64,000 bases of DNA from an uncultured bacterium (GTDB taxonomy: Bacteria > Chloroflexota > UBA5177 > JANWHV01), in the NCBI GenBank assembly GCA_963827235.1, contig CAWHAE010000014.1:384001-448000 (forward strand), read 5' to 3'. Within the stretch, counting starts at the first letter, position 1. The number at the start of each line of letters is the position of its first letter. The notes beneath the pieces were generated by a model, which had not been told where the DNA came from, ran no database searches, and saw only the letters and a program-made list of their open reading frames with translations. Both the position numbers and the translations under genes were made by a program. Below, piece by piece: positions 1 through 9,932 of the stretch.

Positions 1-1
1 C

Positions 2-1252
2 ATCATCGCGCCAGGCCTGCAGAGCGTCACGCAGTGGGCGCGCGTGTCCTTCAGCCACGGCCAAGGCGCGGTACTCTGGGACGTCGACGGAAACGGCATA
101 ATCGACCTCATGGCGGGAATCGGGGTCTGCAGCATCGGCCATGCGCACCCCGCCCACGCCTCGGCGGTTGCCCAGCAAGCAGCACGGCTCGCCGCCGGAT
201 CGTTCACGTCCGAGGCGCGCGTGGAGCTCCTCGAGGAGCTGCGCGCCATTCTGCCCGAGCACCTGACGCGCATCCAGCTCTACAGCGGCGGCGCCGAGGC
301 CGTCGAGGCCGCCCTCCGCCTGGCGCGGTGCGCTACCGGCAAGTCGACGGTGGTCAGCTTCTGGGGCGGCTATCATGGCAAGACGGAGGGAACCCGCCCG
401 CTCTCCGAAGGCGAGCAGTTCGGTTATGGCCTGCCGTCGCCCGGCACTCATGCCGTGCCTTACGCCAATCCATACCGCAATGTATTCGGCCCGGACTCGG
501 ACTGCGCAAGTGAGAGCGTGCGTTTCCTGCGCGAGTCCATTGAACACGGCACGAATCGCGAGATTGCCGCCATTATCCTCGAGCCGGTGCAGGGTCGTGG
601 CGGCAATATTGTGCCGCCACCCGGATTCCTGGCAGCAGTGCAGAGGGTTGCCCGGGATCTCGGAGCACTGCTCATTGTCGACGAGATGATCACGGGCTTC
701 TTCAGGACGGGGAAGCCGTTCGGCTTCATGCATGACGAAGGCGTGGAGCCCGATATCATCGTGATGGGCAAAGGCTTCGGCAACGGGTATCCGATCAGCG
801 GTGTGGCGGCGCGCGAGAACGTTGCCCGCTCTCTGCCGTGGGCCAAGCCCAGTGGAAACAGCTCGAGCTACGGCGGTAACGCGCTGGCCTGCGCGGCCGC
901 CCTGGCTACGTTGCGCGTGCTGCGGCAGGAGTCGCTTGGCGAGCATGCGGCGGCTGTCGGCGAATTCATGCTGGCGCGGCTTCGCAAGATCGCGCGGCGC
1001 GCCCCCATCGTCGGCGACGTGCGGGGTAAGGGATTGCTCATGGGAATCGAGCTGGTGCGCGATCGGCAGACCAGAGAAGGCCTGTCACGTGAGCAGATGA
1101 AGACCATCTTTTGCAACATTCTAGGCAAGGGCGTGCTCGTCATGCCAAGCGGCACAGCATTGCGCATTAATCCCCCCCTGGTCATCACGGAGGACGAAGC
1201 AGCGGCAGGGCTGGACGTCATTGAACAGGTGCTGACCGGCACGCAACTATAG
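2..1252 (+). CDS. Class-III PLP aminotransferase (GabT/ArgD-like), 5'-truncated by window edge
   Basis: Frame is open from base 2 (IIAPGLQSVTQWARVSF...). Motifs SGGAEAVE, YHGKT, ILEPVQG, LIVDEMITGFFRTG and PLP-lysine region MGKGFGNG. Confidence 0.9.
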   Translation: MIAPGLQSVTQWARVSFSHGQGAVLWDVDGNGIIDLMAGIGVCSIGHAHPAHASAVAQQAARLAAGSFTSEARVELLEELRAILPEHLTRIQLYSGGAEAVEAALRLARCATGKSTVVSFWGGYHGKTEGTRPLSEGEQFGYGLPSPGTHAVPYANPYRNVFGPDSDCASESVRFLRESIEHGTNREIAAIILEPVQGRGGNIVPPPGFLAAVQRVARDLGALLIVDEMITGFFRTGKPFGFMHDEGVEPDIIVMGKGFGNGYPISGVAARENVARSLPWAKPSGNSSSYGGNALACAAALATLRVLRQESLGEHAAAVGEFMLARLRKIARRAPIVGDVRGKGLLMGIELVRDRQTREGLSREQMKTIFCNILGKGVLVMPSGTALRINPPLVITEDEAAAGLDVIEQVLTGTQL

Positions 1253-1272
1253 GCAGGAGCCTGATTGAGACC

Positions 1273-2298
1273 ATGAATAGCAGGATCTTTCGAGTGGGCA
1301 TTGTTGGGTACGGGAAGATTGCCGAGCTGGCGCACATGCCCGCCTGGATGGCCTTGCCGTCGGCGGACGTTGTCGCCATCGCCGACACGTGCCCAGTGAG
1401 ACGCGCGGCCGCGCTCGATGCTCTCCCGCACGCGCATGTCTACGAGACCTGCGCCGACATGCTGAGGTCCGAGATGCTCGACGTACTCGACGTGTGCACC
1501 CCGCCGAGCAACCATTCACCGAGCATCGTCGCCGGTTGCACGGCTCGTGTCGGACGCATAGTTTGCGAAAAACCGTTGACGGCCGCTCCGGAAGAGTACC
1601 GCGCCATCGCATCAGCGCAATCCACGTCCGGCTCACAGGTCTTCACGGTAAACAGCTGGCTGCAGAGCGATCTGCACCGCTTGATCAGCCGGGAGCTGCG
1701 TAACGGCACGATCGGCCGAGTCACTCACGTGAAGCTGCGCACTCTGCGGCCGGACTGCGCACTGGGCGTTCCCAGTTGGCAGCCGCGATGGCGCACGGAC
1801 CCCAAGTACGCGGGAGGCGGCATTGTGCTCGACCACGGCTGGCATCAGCTCTACCTGATGGCGAACTGGATCGGCACCAAGCCGGAGGGCCTCAGCGCAA
1901 AGCTGGACACAGTGAAGCCGCTTCATCTCCCCGTGGAAGACGTGGCTACGCTTGACATCGACTTCCCCGATGCCACCGGACGCATCGAGCTGTCGTGGGC
2001 CGCGCCGACGCGCACCAATGACGGTGAGGTCGTGGGCACAAGGGGTACCATCGCCATAGAGGACGACCGCCTCGTGGTCCATACCGATGCGGGCGAGGAG
2101 ACGCGGCCCTACGGCGAGCGGCTGTCCGACTCGTCGTACCATCCTGAGTGGTTCATCTCTCTGTTCAATCAGATCCTCAGCGATGAAAGCAGGGCGACCG
2201 GGCAGGCGAACCTTCGCGAAGCGAAGATGTTGCTCACCACGCTCTTCCAGGCGTACGGCCTGAACGTGGAACCGGCGGAGGCCACCGCCGTAGCATAG
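1273..2298 (+). CDS. Gfo/Idh/MocA family NAD(P)-dependent oxidoreductase
   Basis: Rossmann VGIVGYGKIA, CEKP motif, GGGIVLDHGWH; 20 bp after the aminotransferase. Confidence 0.9.
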   Translation: MNSRIFRVGIVGYGKIAELAHMPAWMALPSADVVAIADTCPVRRAAALDALPHAHVYETCADMLRSEMLDVLDVCTPPSNHSPSIVAGCTARVGRIVCEKPLTAAPEEYRAIASAQSTSGSQVFTVNSWLQSDLHRLISRELRNGTIGRVTHVKLRTLRPDCALGVPSWQPRWRTDPKYAGGGIVLDHGWHQLYLMANWIGTKPEGLSAKLDTVKPLHLPVEDVATLDIDFPDATGRIELSWAAPTRTNDGEVVGTRGTIAIEDDRLVVHTDAGEETRPYGERLSDSSYHPEWFISLFNQILSDESRATGQANLREAKMLLTTLFQAYGLNVEPAEATAVA

Positions 2299-2390
2299 AC
2301 CGGGCCGGCAGACTACACTGGAGTAGGTAGCCAGTATCCCCGCGCCCGCGTCATTCGTGCCGCTGGACACTAGGACTCAAAACCCCTCGC

Positions 2391-2419
2391 TTGTACGGAG
2401 TCCAAGCCCAGCCTATACT
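2391..2419 (+). promoter_or_regulatory. Sigma70-type promoter for the ABC/MoxR/vWA operon
   Basis: TTGTAC (2391-2396), 17 bp spacer, TATACT (2414-2419). Confidence 0.65.
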
Positions 2420-2476
2420 AGGGTGACGCTGACCGAGGCGGCTTCGGATTGTCTCATTCCCGGGGAACGCCACTCC

Positions 2477-5059
2477 ATGATGGCCGCTGCTCGACCATCG
2501 CTCCTCGTCTGTTTCGTACTTGCGATGGCCCTGCTTGCTGGAGCCCGCGGGTCCGCCACGCATGCGGCACAGTTGGCCGTTCGCATGCAGGTTAACGCCG
2601 GTTTTGGCGGCTATTACCGCCCTGATTCTTTTCTGCCGCTCCACGTTCGCTTGTCCAACAGCGGCAGCGAGATCGTGGCTACGTTGCAGGTCGACGACGC
2701 GGCGCAGCAGTTCTCCAGCGTGACACCCTACAACCATGTCAGCTATACGCGCACTGTGGTGCTGCCCGACGGTGGCGTGAAAGACGTGACGATGTACGTG
2801 CCGGGTGCGGACCTCGGGCCATCGGTCGACGTCGCGCTACTCGTCCAGGGTCGCATAGTGGCGCAGCAGACCGTGGGAGTAAGCCAGGTGTCGACGGCAA
2901 CCGAGCTGATCGGAGTGCTGTCGCGCACTCCCGCCGCATACGTCCAGCTGAAAAGTTTCGGCGGGTCGCTGGGAGGCATACAGCTGCGGGCGGTGCCTCT
3001 AAACTCCGAGTCGCTGGAGCCTCAGGTCTTCGCGCTGGCCAGTCTGGACGCGATTGTACTCGAGAACTTCGACACGACAACACTGACCAGCGATCAGGTA
3101 AGCGCGCTGGATCAGTGGGTTCGTCTCGGTGGAGTGCTGATTACTCTGGGCGGACCGACGGCGCAGGCAGTCTCGAATGGCCTGCCCACATCTCTCAGAT
3201 TGGCCGAGCCGGGCACGCCGGCGATTCTGGCCCGCATCCCGGCACTCGCCTCTTTCAGTGCCGCGACACTACCGAGCAGCAACATCGTAGCCGCTTTCGC
3301 AGGCACGGCGGATGCAGTGGTGTTGCTGGACGATCGCACGCCCACCGTACTCGGGCCTGGAGAAAGCGGTCGAGGCCGGCCGCTCCTCGTGCAGCGATCG
3401 CTTGGCCTCGGTGCGGTAGTCTACAGCGCAGTCGATCCCACGCTTGCCCCACTCGCCTCCTGGCCCGGTCTCCAGAACCTGTGGACGCTGTTGGCCTCGC
3501 CGGTCCGCGCGGGCGCCGCCACCGTGACTACGACGTTCGCCGGGTCCGGCGTCACCAACACGTCGACCAGCTTGAACGGGGAGATCAGCAGCGTCGCTCC
3601 GCCTTCCATGTCGCTCTTCATCGTGCTCCTGGGCATATATATCTTCGCTCTGCTGCCGGCGAATTTCGTCGTGCTCTACCGCCTGAAGCGGCGAGACCTG
3701 AGCTGGCTCACGTTGCCGTTGCTGGCCGTCGCGCTGGTGCTCTGCGTATTTGCGGGAACGTACTTCGGCAGAGGACGCGACCTTCGCGCGAACCTGGTGA
3801 GCGTCCAATACCAGGTTCCCGGTAGCACGGGCGCGATTGGGCAGCTCTACGCCGGCTTGATCTCCCCCAGCTCAGGAGACTACACCGTGACGGCGGGCAA
3901 TGAGGCCGGCCTCGCGGCGCCTCTGTACTACAACGAGCAGAATGGCGTGCCCTCGGACATCGGCAACGCTAGCAGTCAGGTCCAGATCGCCGAGGACAGC
4001 GGCAACGTTGTTATGCCTGCGATGTCGAGCTGGTCGTCACGAAGCGTGTCGTTCGCGCTGGCCTTCCCAGAGCGCTACGCGCTCTCGGCCGACCTCACGC
4101 TTTCACCGGCTGGGACGATAGTAGGTCAGATCAGGAACAGTGGCTCCTCTACGGTCTATGGCCTCCTGCTTCAGGCATTCGACGGCTCCGTGCAGATCGA
4201 GGGAGACGTCCCGCCGGGTGCGTCTCGAGCCGTATCGCTGCCTATGGGATCTGGGAGCCAGGTTCAGGGAGACATCTCGTCGGAGTACGGCAACCTTGGC
4301 GATCTGCTGCGCGGCCCAGGTGCCGGCGCGATGGGCACCGGCACTGAGCTGGCGGAGGTGCTGGGGCCGCTCCGTCTGCTGATCGCCGGAGCATCCCGGC
4401 TGGCGGCTGCCGATCAGCCTATCCCGCTCAATCCGGGTGAGTCGGCCGCCCAGCGCTTTCAGCGCATCTCCGAGGCCGTGCTCGGGGGCACTAACGCCGC
4501 TGCCTTCAACAGTGTCATCGCGGTGGGGTGGACGGCCGGTCAAGAAGTGCCGCTCCACGTCAACGGCCTGGTTCCGCAGCGCAGCGACACGAACCTGATC
4601 GTGCAGCCGCTGCCGGTGCAACTCCATCTGGGAAGCCTTGCCGTCGGCTCTGGTGTGCTGCCGGCCCGCATCGCAGGTGCCGATCAGGACTTGCAGGTGA
4701 GCGCAGGTGAAGGCGGCATCAGCTTGACTCCCAACAGCAACGCCGTGTTCGTCGCCCAGCTTCCGCCTGCGCCCAGCCTTGCCGACCGGATACGGTTGTC
4801 TGCACTCACTCTCTCGGCGGCGTCATATGGTGCAGGCATCGCCCTGAGTGACCAGACTGCGGCCCTCTGGGACTGGCAGGCGTCGAGGTGGCGACCCGTG
4901 GACATCTCCAGCGGCCAGGTCAGAGTTGCCAATCCGTCTCGCTTCTTCGACGGCGCGGGTGTACTACGGGTTCGGATGAGCGCGCAGACTGCTAGCCTGA
5001 ACATCAGTGATCCCAACGACGGCGTGACCATCGGGGTCACGGGGCGGGTGGTGAAGTGA
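2477..5059 (+). CDS. Large secreted/membrane protein with glutamine-amidotransferase-like domain (hypothetical)
   Basis: ATG at 2477 is followed by a signal-like hydrophobic stretch. LDAIVLENFD...WVRLGGVLITLGG and GLGAVVY resemble a GATase1-like fold; two TM helices (YIFALLPANF...WLTLPLLA). Overlaps the next gene (GTGA). Confidence 0.75.
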   Translation: MMAAARPSLLVCFVLAMALLAGARGSATHAAQLAVRMQVNAGFGGYYRPDSFLPLHVRLSNSGSEIVATLQVDDAAQQFSSVTPYNHVSYTRTVVLPDGGVKDVTMYVPGADLGPSVDVALLVQGRIVAQQTVGVSQVSTATELIGVLSRTPAAYVQLKSFGGSLGGIQLRAVPLNSESLEPQVFALASLDAIVLENFDTTTLTSDQVSALDQWVRLGGVLITLGGPTAQAVSNGLPTSLRLAEPGTPAILARIPALASFSAATLPSSNIVAAFAGTADAVVLLDDRTPTVLGPGESGRGRPLLVQRSLGLGAVVYSAVDPTLAPLASWPGLQNLWTLLASPVRAGAATVTTTFAGSGVTNTSTSLNGEISSVAPPSMSLFIVLLGIYIFALLPANFVVLYRLKRRDLSWLTLPLLAVALVLCVFAGTYFGRGRDLRANLVSVQYQVPGSTGAIGQLYAGLISPSSGDYTVTAGNEAGLAAPLYYNEQNGVPSDIGNASSQVQIAEDSGNVVMPAMSSWSSRSVSFALAFPERYALSADLTLSPAGTIVGQIRNSGSSTVYGLLLQAFDGSVQIEGDVPPGASRAVSLPMGSGSQVQGDISSEYGNLGDLLRGPGAGAMGTGTELAEVLGPLRLLIAGASRLAAADQPIPLNPGESAAQRFQRISEAVLGGTNAAAFNSVIAVGWTAGQEVPLHVNGLVPQRSDTNLIVQPLPVQLHLGSLAVGSGVLPARIAGADQDLQVSAGEGGISLTPNSNAVFVAQLPPAPSLADRIRLSALTLSAASYGAGIALSDQTAALWDWQASRWRPVDISSGQVRVANPSRFFDGAGVLRVRMSAQTASLNISDPNDGVTIGVTGRVVK

Positions 5060-6078
5060 CAGCCGGCAACGCGATTTCTGCACGCCCGCCCGCAAACGCC
5101 GCTATCGCGGTACAGGGCCTGCTAAAGCAATACGGACAGGTGCGCGCAGTGGATGGCCTCACCATGTCCGTGGAGCGCGGCAGCATCTACGGCTTCGTCG
5201 GACCGAACGGGGCGGGCAAGACGACCACGATGCGCGTTCTCTCTACGCTTCTCACCGCCGACCGTGGCCTGTGCTCAATAGCCGGACTGGATGTCGCCGC
5301 CCAGCCTGCCCAGGTGCGTGGACTGCTCGGCTATATGCCCGACTTCTTCGGTGTGTATGAGGATCTCACCGTTCAGGAGTACCTAGAGTTCTACGCGGAC
5401 ACCTATTCCGTACCCGTGCGCGTAAGAAAGAGCACGATCGACGATCTTCTCGACCTCATCGACCTCGTCGAGAAACGCCATGCGTATGTCGAATCGTTGT
5501 CACGCGGCATGAAACAGCGCCTCGGTCTGGCGCGTTGCCTGGTGCATGACCCGCAAGTCTTGCTGCTCGACGAGCCCGCCTCCGGGATGGACCCCCGAGC
5601 GCGCTATGAAATGCGGGAGATCGTGAAGGAGCTGCGCCGCATGGGCAAGACTGTGTTGCTGAGCTCGCACATTCTGCTGGAGCTGGCGGAGATATGCACG
5701 CATATCGGGATCGTGCAGAAGGGCAGGCTCCTCCGTGAGGGCCCGGTCGCCGACATCCTCGGGAGCATGAGCTCGGGCAGAAGGATCGAGCTGCGGGCCG
5801 CAGCCGATCGTACGATCGTTCAGGCGTTGCTCGAGGACCGGCCCGAAGTGGCCTCCGTCGAGAAGCTGGAGGACTCCGGCGAAGATTCCGAGCCATCAGG
5901 CGGCGAGGTCTGCTCCGTGGCCTTTCATACGCGCTCTGACGACTACGCGCTGCGAGACGTGCTGCGAGCGCTGGTGGAAGGTGGCGTGGGCGTCATCTCC
6001 TTTGCGCCGGCGCGAGACAACCTGGAAGAAGTCTTTATGCAGCTCACCAGCGAAGACGAAGAGACGGTGGCTGTATGA
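5056..6078 (+). CDS. ABC transporter ATP-binding protein (ABC-2/DrrA-type)
   Basis: GPNGAGKTT, LSRGMKQ, LLLDEP, SSH. Confidence 0.95.
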   Translation: MTAGNAISARPPANAAIAVQGLLKQYGQVRAVDGLTMSVERGSIYGFVGPNGAGKTTTMRVLSTLLTADRGLCSIAGLDVAAQPAQVRGLLGYMPDFFGVYEDLTVQEYLEFYADTYSVPVRVRKSTIDDLLDLIDLVEKRHAYVESLSRGMKQRLGLARCLVHDPQVLLLDEPASGMDPRARYEMREIVKELRRMGKTVLLSSHILLELAEICTHIGIVQKGRLLREGPVADILGSMSSGRRIELRAAADRTIVQALLEDRPEVASVEKLEDSGEDSEPSGGEVCSVAFHTRSDDYALRDVLRALVEGGVGVISFAPARDNLEEVFMQLTSEDEETVAV

Positions 6079-6878
6079 TCCCCATTCTTCGCAAGGAGCT
6101 GCGCACGCGCATGCGTGGCTGGCGTTCGCCTGCCATCGTCATGTTGTACCTCGGCATAGTAGCGCTTGTCAGTTATGCCGTGTTGGTAAATGGCCTGAAC
6201 ACGCAGTCTTTCAGCGCGAACCAGGCCAGCTCTCTTGGCCTCAACCTGTTCAACACACTGGCCATTTTTCAAGGCATCCTGATCATGTTCATCACTCCGG
6301 CTGCTACCGCCGGCACGATCTGCGGGGAGCGACAGCGGCAGACTCTCGACCTACTACTGGTCACCAAGCTGTCTTCGCTGGGCATCGCTTCCGGCAAGCT
6401 CGTCGCCGCCATCGCCTTCGACTTGTTGCTCATCGTGTGTGCCTTGCCCATCTTCTCTCTTGTGTTCCTGTTTGGCGGCATCGGACTCGACGCGGTGTTC
6501 GAGCTTCTTCTGTTGTTTGTGCTGTCTATCCTGTGCTTCGGCAGCATCGGACTGGCTATCAGCGCCCTGACGAAGAAGCCGGGCGCGGCGACGGTCCTGA
6601 CGTATTTGGTCGTCCTGGTGCTCGTAGCCGGCCTTGCCTTCCTCACCATCTACCTCTACGAAGCCGGGTACGTCAGCGGCATCAGCCAGACCACGGCGCC
6701 GATCACCGCGTATCTGGATCCGGGTCTCGGTCTCGCAGCACTGCTCTATCACCAGGACTCCACGTTTGGCGCCCAGCTTCCGTTCTCAGTCTGGGTAACT
6801 TCATTGGTGACGGAAGTCGTGATTACCCTGATCTGCATGGCGATCAGCTCGCTGCTCCTCCGGCACCAGTATTCCTGA
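6075..6878 (+). CDS. ABC-2 type transporter permease
   Basis: KELRTRMRG N-terminus, GERQRQTLDLLL...GKL motif, about 6 TM helices; ATGA overlap with the ATPase. Confidence 0.9.
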   Translation: MIPILRKELRTRMRGWRSPAIVMLYLGIVALVSYAVLVNGLNTQSFSANQASSLGLNLFNTLAIFQGILIMFITPAATAGTICGERQRQTLDLLLVTKLSSLGIASGKLVAAIAFDLLLIVCALPIFSLVFLFGGIGLDAVFELLLLFVLSILCFGSIGLAISALTKKPGAATVLTYLVVLVLVAGLAFLTIYLYEAGYVSGISQTTAPITAYLDPGLGLAALLYHQDSTFGAQLPFSVWVTSLVTEVVITLICMAISSLLLRHQYS

Positions 6879-7008
6879 TCCGGATGCTCGCCCGCGTGAT
6901 GAGCGGCACATCCGGCCCTATGCTGCAGGCGCGTGTACATTGTGCGTATCGGCCGCCTGCAGGGCCAGAGTCTCCGCACGGTACCGAGTACGTGGAGCAG
7001 AGAGTGCC

Positions 7009-8841
7009 ATGGTCGCAGTTACTGGGACACAAACCGGCGATCCGCTCGACGTTATTGCGTTGGTCAGTCCGCTCCGACGCAGGATGGCAGCAGCGCTTCT
7101 TGTACGCCATGGCAGCAGGGGTATAAGTGCTGCCCTGATCGGGCTAGCGGCCGTTGTGCAATTCTTCCGGCTGTCGCCCTGGCCCGGCCAGGCGCGAGTC
7201 ATGAACGCTGTCGTCGTAGCTGTCGCGTACCTTCTGGCCGTCTCGATCGGCACCGGCATCCGCATTGCTAGCGAGTGGCCGAGTCTCGCCGCGGCTATCA
7301 GGCAAGCCGACCGCGCGCTGGGGCTGAAGAACCGCCTCGCGACCGCCTATGAGTTCGCGGATCGCCCGGAGCGGATTGTGTGCCTGCAGCGCACGGAGCT
7401 TCGGCAGTGCCTCCAGACGACTCGCCTGGCCGACGCCGCCCGGGTGCACGTGTCGCGGAGGCAGATGGCGTGGCTCGGATTCGGCATGCTGCTCTTGGTG
7501 GCGGCCATCGTTGCGCCCGATCTCCGGCACAACGTCGCCGGCAGCGACGCGCGGGCGGGCGGGCCCGCGCGGCAAGCCGCGACGGCGACCAAGAGCCTGC
7601 TCGAGCAGCTCGGGCTGCAGCCGCCATCGAGCAAGACGGCTGATCTGCAGCCGCCGGCCGAGCGCCAGCTAAGGCAGGTCTTGCAGGCGTTGCAGAAGCA
7701 GCTCTCGGCGGCGCAGACTCAACATGAGCAGCTCAAAGCCCTGACGTCGGCACAGAATCAGGTCCAGAAGCTCTCCGACTCCGCCGCGCAAGCGAAGACC
7801 GATGCCCAGCAAATTGCGGGCGCGCTTCGACAGGGTTCGACGCAGCAGATCGCTCAAGCCTTGCTGTCCGGTGATGCCGCCGCGGTGAAGCAAGCGCTTC
7901 AGGCCCTGTCACTGCAGACTGAGTCGATGACGCTGCGACAGCGAGCGGAAACCGCACGCGCCCTCGAACAGGCTGCCAACGGGGCGCCGGGCGCCCTCAA
8001 GCAGAGCCTACGCCAGGCGGCCTTCGACCTCAGCGACAACAATCCGTCGGCGGCGAAAAGCGCGCTCGCCACGGCGGCAAGCCAGGCATCTCAGCTTGAG
8101 CAGCAGGCAAGCGCGGCCGGAAGTGATCAGCAAGCTTTGTCCAGCCTTCAGAAGATCCAGAGCGATGCGGCCAACGGCACCGCGGACAACCCGGCGATCG
8201 ATTGTCCGCCGCTCGGCGGCGCTACGAGCGCGACAATCCAGGCGGCCTGCCGGGCCGCCCCTGCTCCCGTGACTACGGTAGCATCGCAGGCCGGCGGCAC
8301 GGCACGGCCGGGCAGCGCGGTGGCCCCCGAGAAGGGCGTGTCCACGCCGCGAGCGACCGGTGCAGCGCTCAGCCAGAGCGGCGGCAGCGGGCGTTCCGGC
8401 ACACCGGGCGCCGGCACCGGATCGACTTCCTCAGGGCAGTCTGAGCGGACCGCCGGTACCTCGGCCCAGGCAGGCAGCGGAAAGGCCGGCCGGGCGGGCG
8501 CCCAGGTACAACCCGGTGGCGCACAGGCATCAGCGGCCGGCGCGGCAGCTGCCGGTGGAAAGGCCGGAAGCGGCACGGGCTCCGGCGCCTCCGGCTCCAC
8601 TGGATCTGGATTGCAGAGCCACGCACAGACTGTTTACGTGCCGGGCTCGCAGCTCAAAGGACCCGGCATCACCCAAGCCGGGCCTTCAGGAGCGAGCGTC
8701 GAGGTCGGATCCCCGGGCTATCTGCGCCTGGTCCAGAAGTACGCGGCGTCTGCCGACACCGCCCTGGGTCGAGTTGCGCTGCCATCGGGTCTGCAAAGCA
8801 CTGTCAAGCGATACTTCAGCACCTTGCAGGGAACAAAGTAG
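7009..8841 (+). CDS. Membrane-anchored coiled-coil protein with Gly/Ser/Ala-rich tail (hypothetical)
   Basis: N-terminal TMs, AAIRQADRALGLKNRLATAYE, Q/A-rich coiled coil, low-complexity GS region, C-terminal LPSGLQSTVKRYF. ATG start chosen at 7009. Confidence 0.75.
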   Translation: MVAVTGTQTGDPLDVIALVSPLRRRMAAALLVRHGSRGISAALIGLAAVVQFFRLSPWPGQARVMNAVVVAVAYLLAVSIGTGIRIASEWPSLAAAIRQADRALGLKNRLATAYEFADRPERIVCLQRTELRQCLQTTRLADAARVHVSRRQMAWLGFGMLLLVAAIVAPDLRHNVAGSDARAGGPARQAATATKSLLEQLGLQPPSSKTADLQPPAERQLRQVLQALQKQLSAAQTQHEQLKALTSAQNQVQKLSDSAAQAKTDAQQIAGALRQGSTQQIAQALLSGDAAAVKQALQALSLQTESMTLRQRAETARALEQAANGAPGALKQSLRQAAFDLSDNNPSAAKSALATAASQASQLEQQASAAGSDQQALSSLQKIQSDAANGTADNPAIDCPPLGGATSATIQAACRAAPAPVTTVASQAGGTARPGSAVAPEKGVSTPRATGAALSQSGGSGRSGTPGAGTGSTSSGQSERTAGTSAQAGSGKAGRAGAQVQPGGAQASAAGAAAAGGKAGSGTGSGASGSTGSGLQSHAQTVYVPGSQLKGPGITQAGPSGASVEVGSPGYLRLVQKYAASADTALGRVALPSGLQSTVKRYFSTLQGTK

Positions 8842-8932
8842 CATTGCATGGTTGGCGGCGCGCCATCGCGGAACGTATTCGAGCGTAAGCCAGCAAGGTA
8901 TGTGTCCAGCGAGGGGGGGTTGGGTAGGCAGC

Positions 8933-9931
8933 ATGGGCGTCGAGTATGAGGCACCTTCGGCAGGCGTGAGCCCGGAGCAGGTTCGAGAGATAGGCCGCGA
9001 GCTCGAGAGCAGTATCGCGCAGGCCGTCGTGGGGCAGGAGGAAGTGGTTCGGCAGACGTTGGTCGCCCTCTTCGCCGGCGGACACGTTCTCCTGGAAGGA
9101 GTGCCCGGACTGGGCAAGACGCTCCTGGTCCGCTCCCTGGCGCAGAGCCTCCGCATGCATTTCAGCCGCATCCAGTTTACGCCCGACCTGATGCCGGCGG
9201 ATTGCACGGGTACGAATATCATTGGCGATGACGAGCACGGCCGGCGAACCTTCCGATTTCAAGCCGGGCCGCTCTTTGCGAACCTCGTTCTCGCCGACGA
9301 GATCAACCGCGCCACCCCCAAGACGCAGTCGGCACTGCTCGAGGCGATGCAGGAGCACACCATCACGGTGGGAGACTCCACGCACCTGCTGCCCGAGCCC
9401 TTCTTCGTGCTGGCAACGCAGAATCCGCTGGAGATGGAAGGCACTTATCCTCTTCCCGAGGCCCAACTCGACCGGTTCTTCTTCAAGATTCTGGTCCCGT
9501 TCCCGGGAGCGGACGCGTTGCGCGGCATCGTTCAGCGCACCATTCAGCCACCGGATTCGCTGCCGGTCGTCGCCGATGGACCCCGGCTGCTCGAGCTGCG
9601 CGCCCTGGCACGCACTGTGCCGGTTGCCTCCAGCGTCACCGACTACGCCATCGCCCTGATCCTGGCCACCCACCCGGAAAACACGGCACGTCGCGACACG
9701 ATCCGGCGCTACGTCCGCGCCGGGGCCAGCCCGCGCGGACTGCAGGCCCTTATCACCGGCGCACAGGTCATGGCTCTGCTCGACGGCCGGTACAACGCGG
9801 CGATTGACGACGTTCGCCGGCTTGCGCTGCCGGTATTGCGGCATCGCATCCTGCTCAATTTCGAAGCGATCGCCGATGGCATCTCCTCGGATGCCGTGCT
9901 GACAGAGTTGCTGGACGGGCTCAGGGAATAG
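8933..9931 (+). CDS. moxR: MoxR family AAA+ ATPase
   Basis: GVPGLGKT, RIQFTPDLMP, LADEINRA, ATQNPLEMEGTYPLPEAQLDRF; real start MGVEYE at 8933. Confidence 0.95.
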   Translation: MGVEYEAPSAGVSPEQVREIGRELESSIAQAVVGQEEVVRQTLVALFAGGHVLLEGVPGLGKTLLVRSLAQSLRMHFSRIQFTPDLMPADCTGTNIIGDDEHGRRTFRFQAGPLFANLVLADEINRATPKTQSALLEAMQEHTITVGDSTHLLPEPFFVLATQNPLEMEGTYPLPEAQLDRFFFKILVPFPGADALRGIVQRTIQPPDSLPVVADGPRLLELRALARTVPVASSVTDYAIALILATHPENTARRDTIRRYVRAGASPRGLQALITGAQVMALLDGRYNAAIDDVRRLALPVLRHRILLNFEAIADGISSDAVLTELLDGLRE

Positions 9932-9932
9932 T

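Noticed and set aside
8250-8620. GC-rich quasi-repeats as a CRISPR array or tandem repeat
   Set aside because: This is low-complexity Gly/Ser/Ala coding sequence with no fixed repeat-spacer period.
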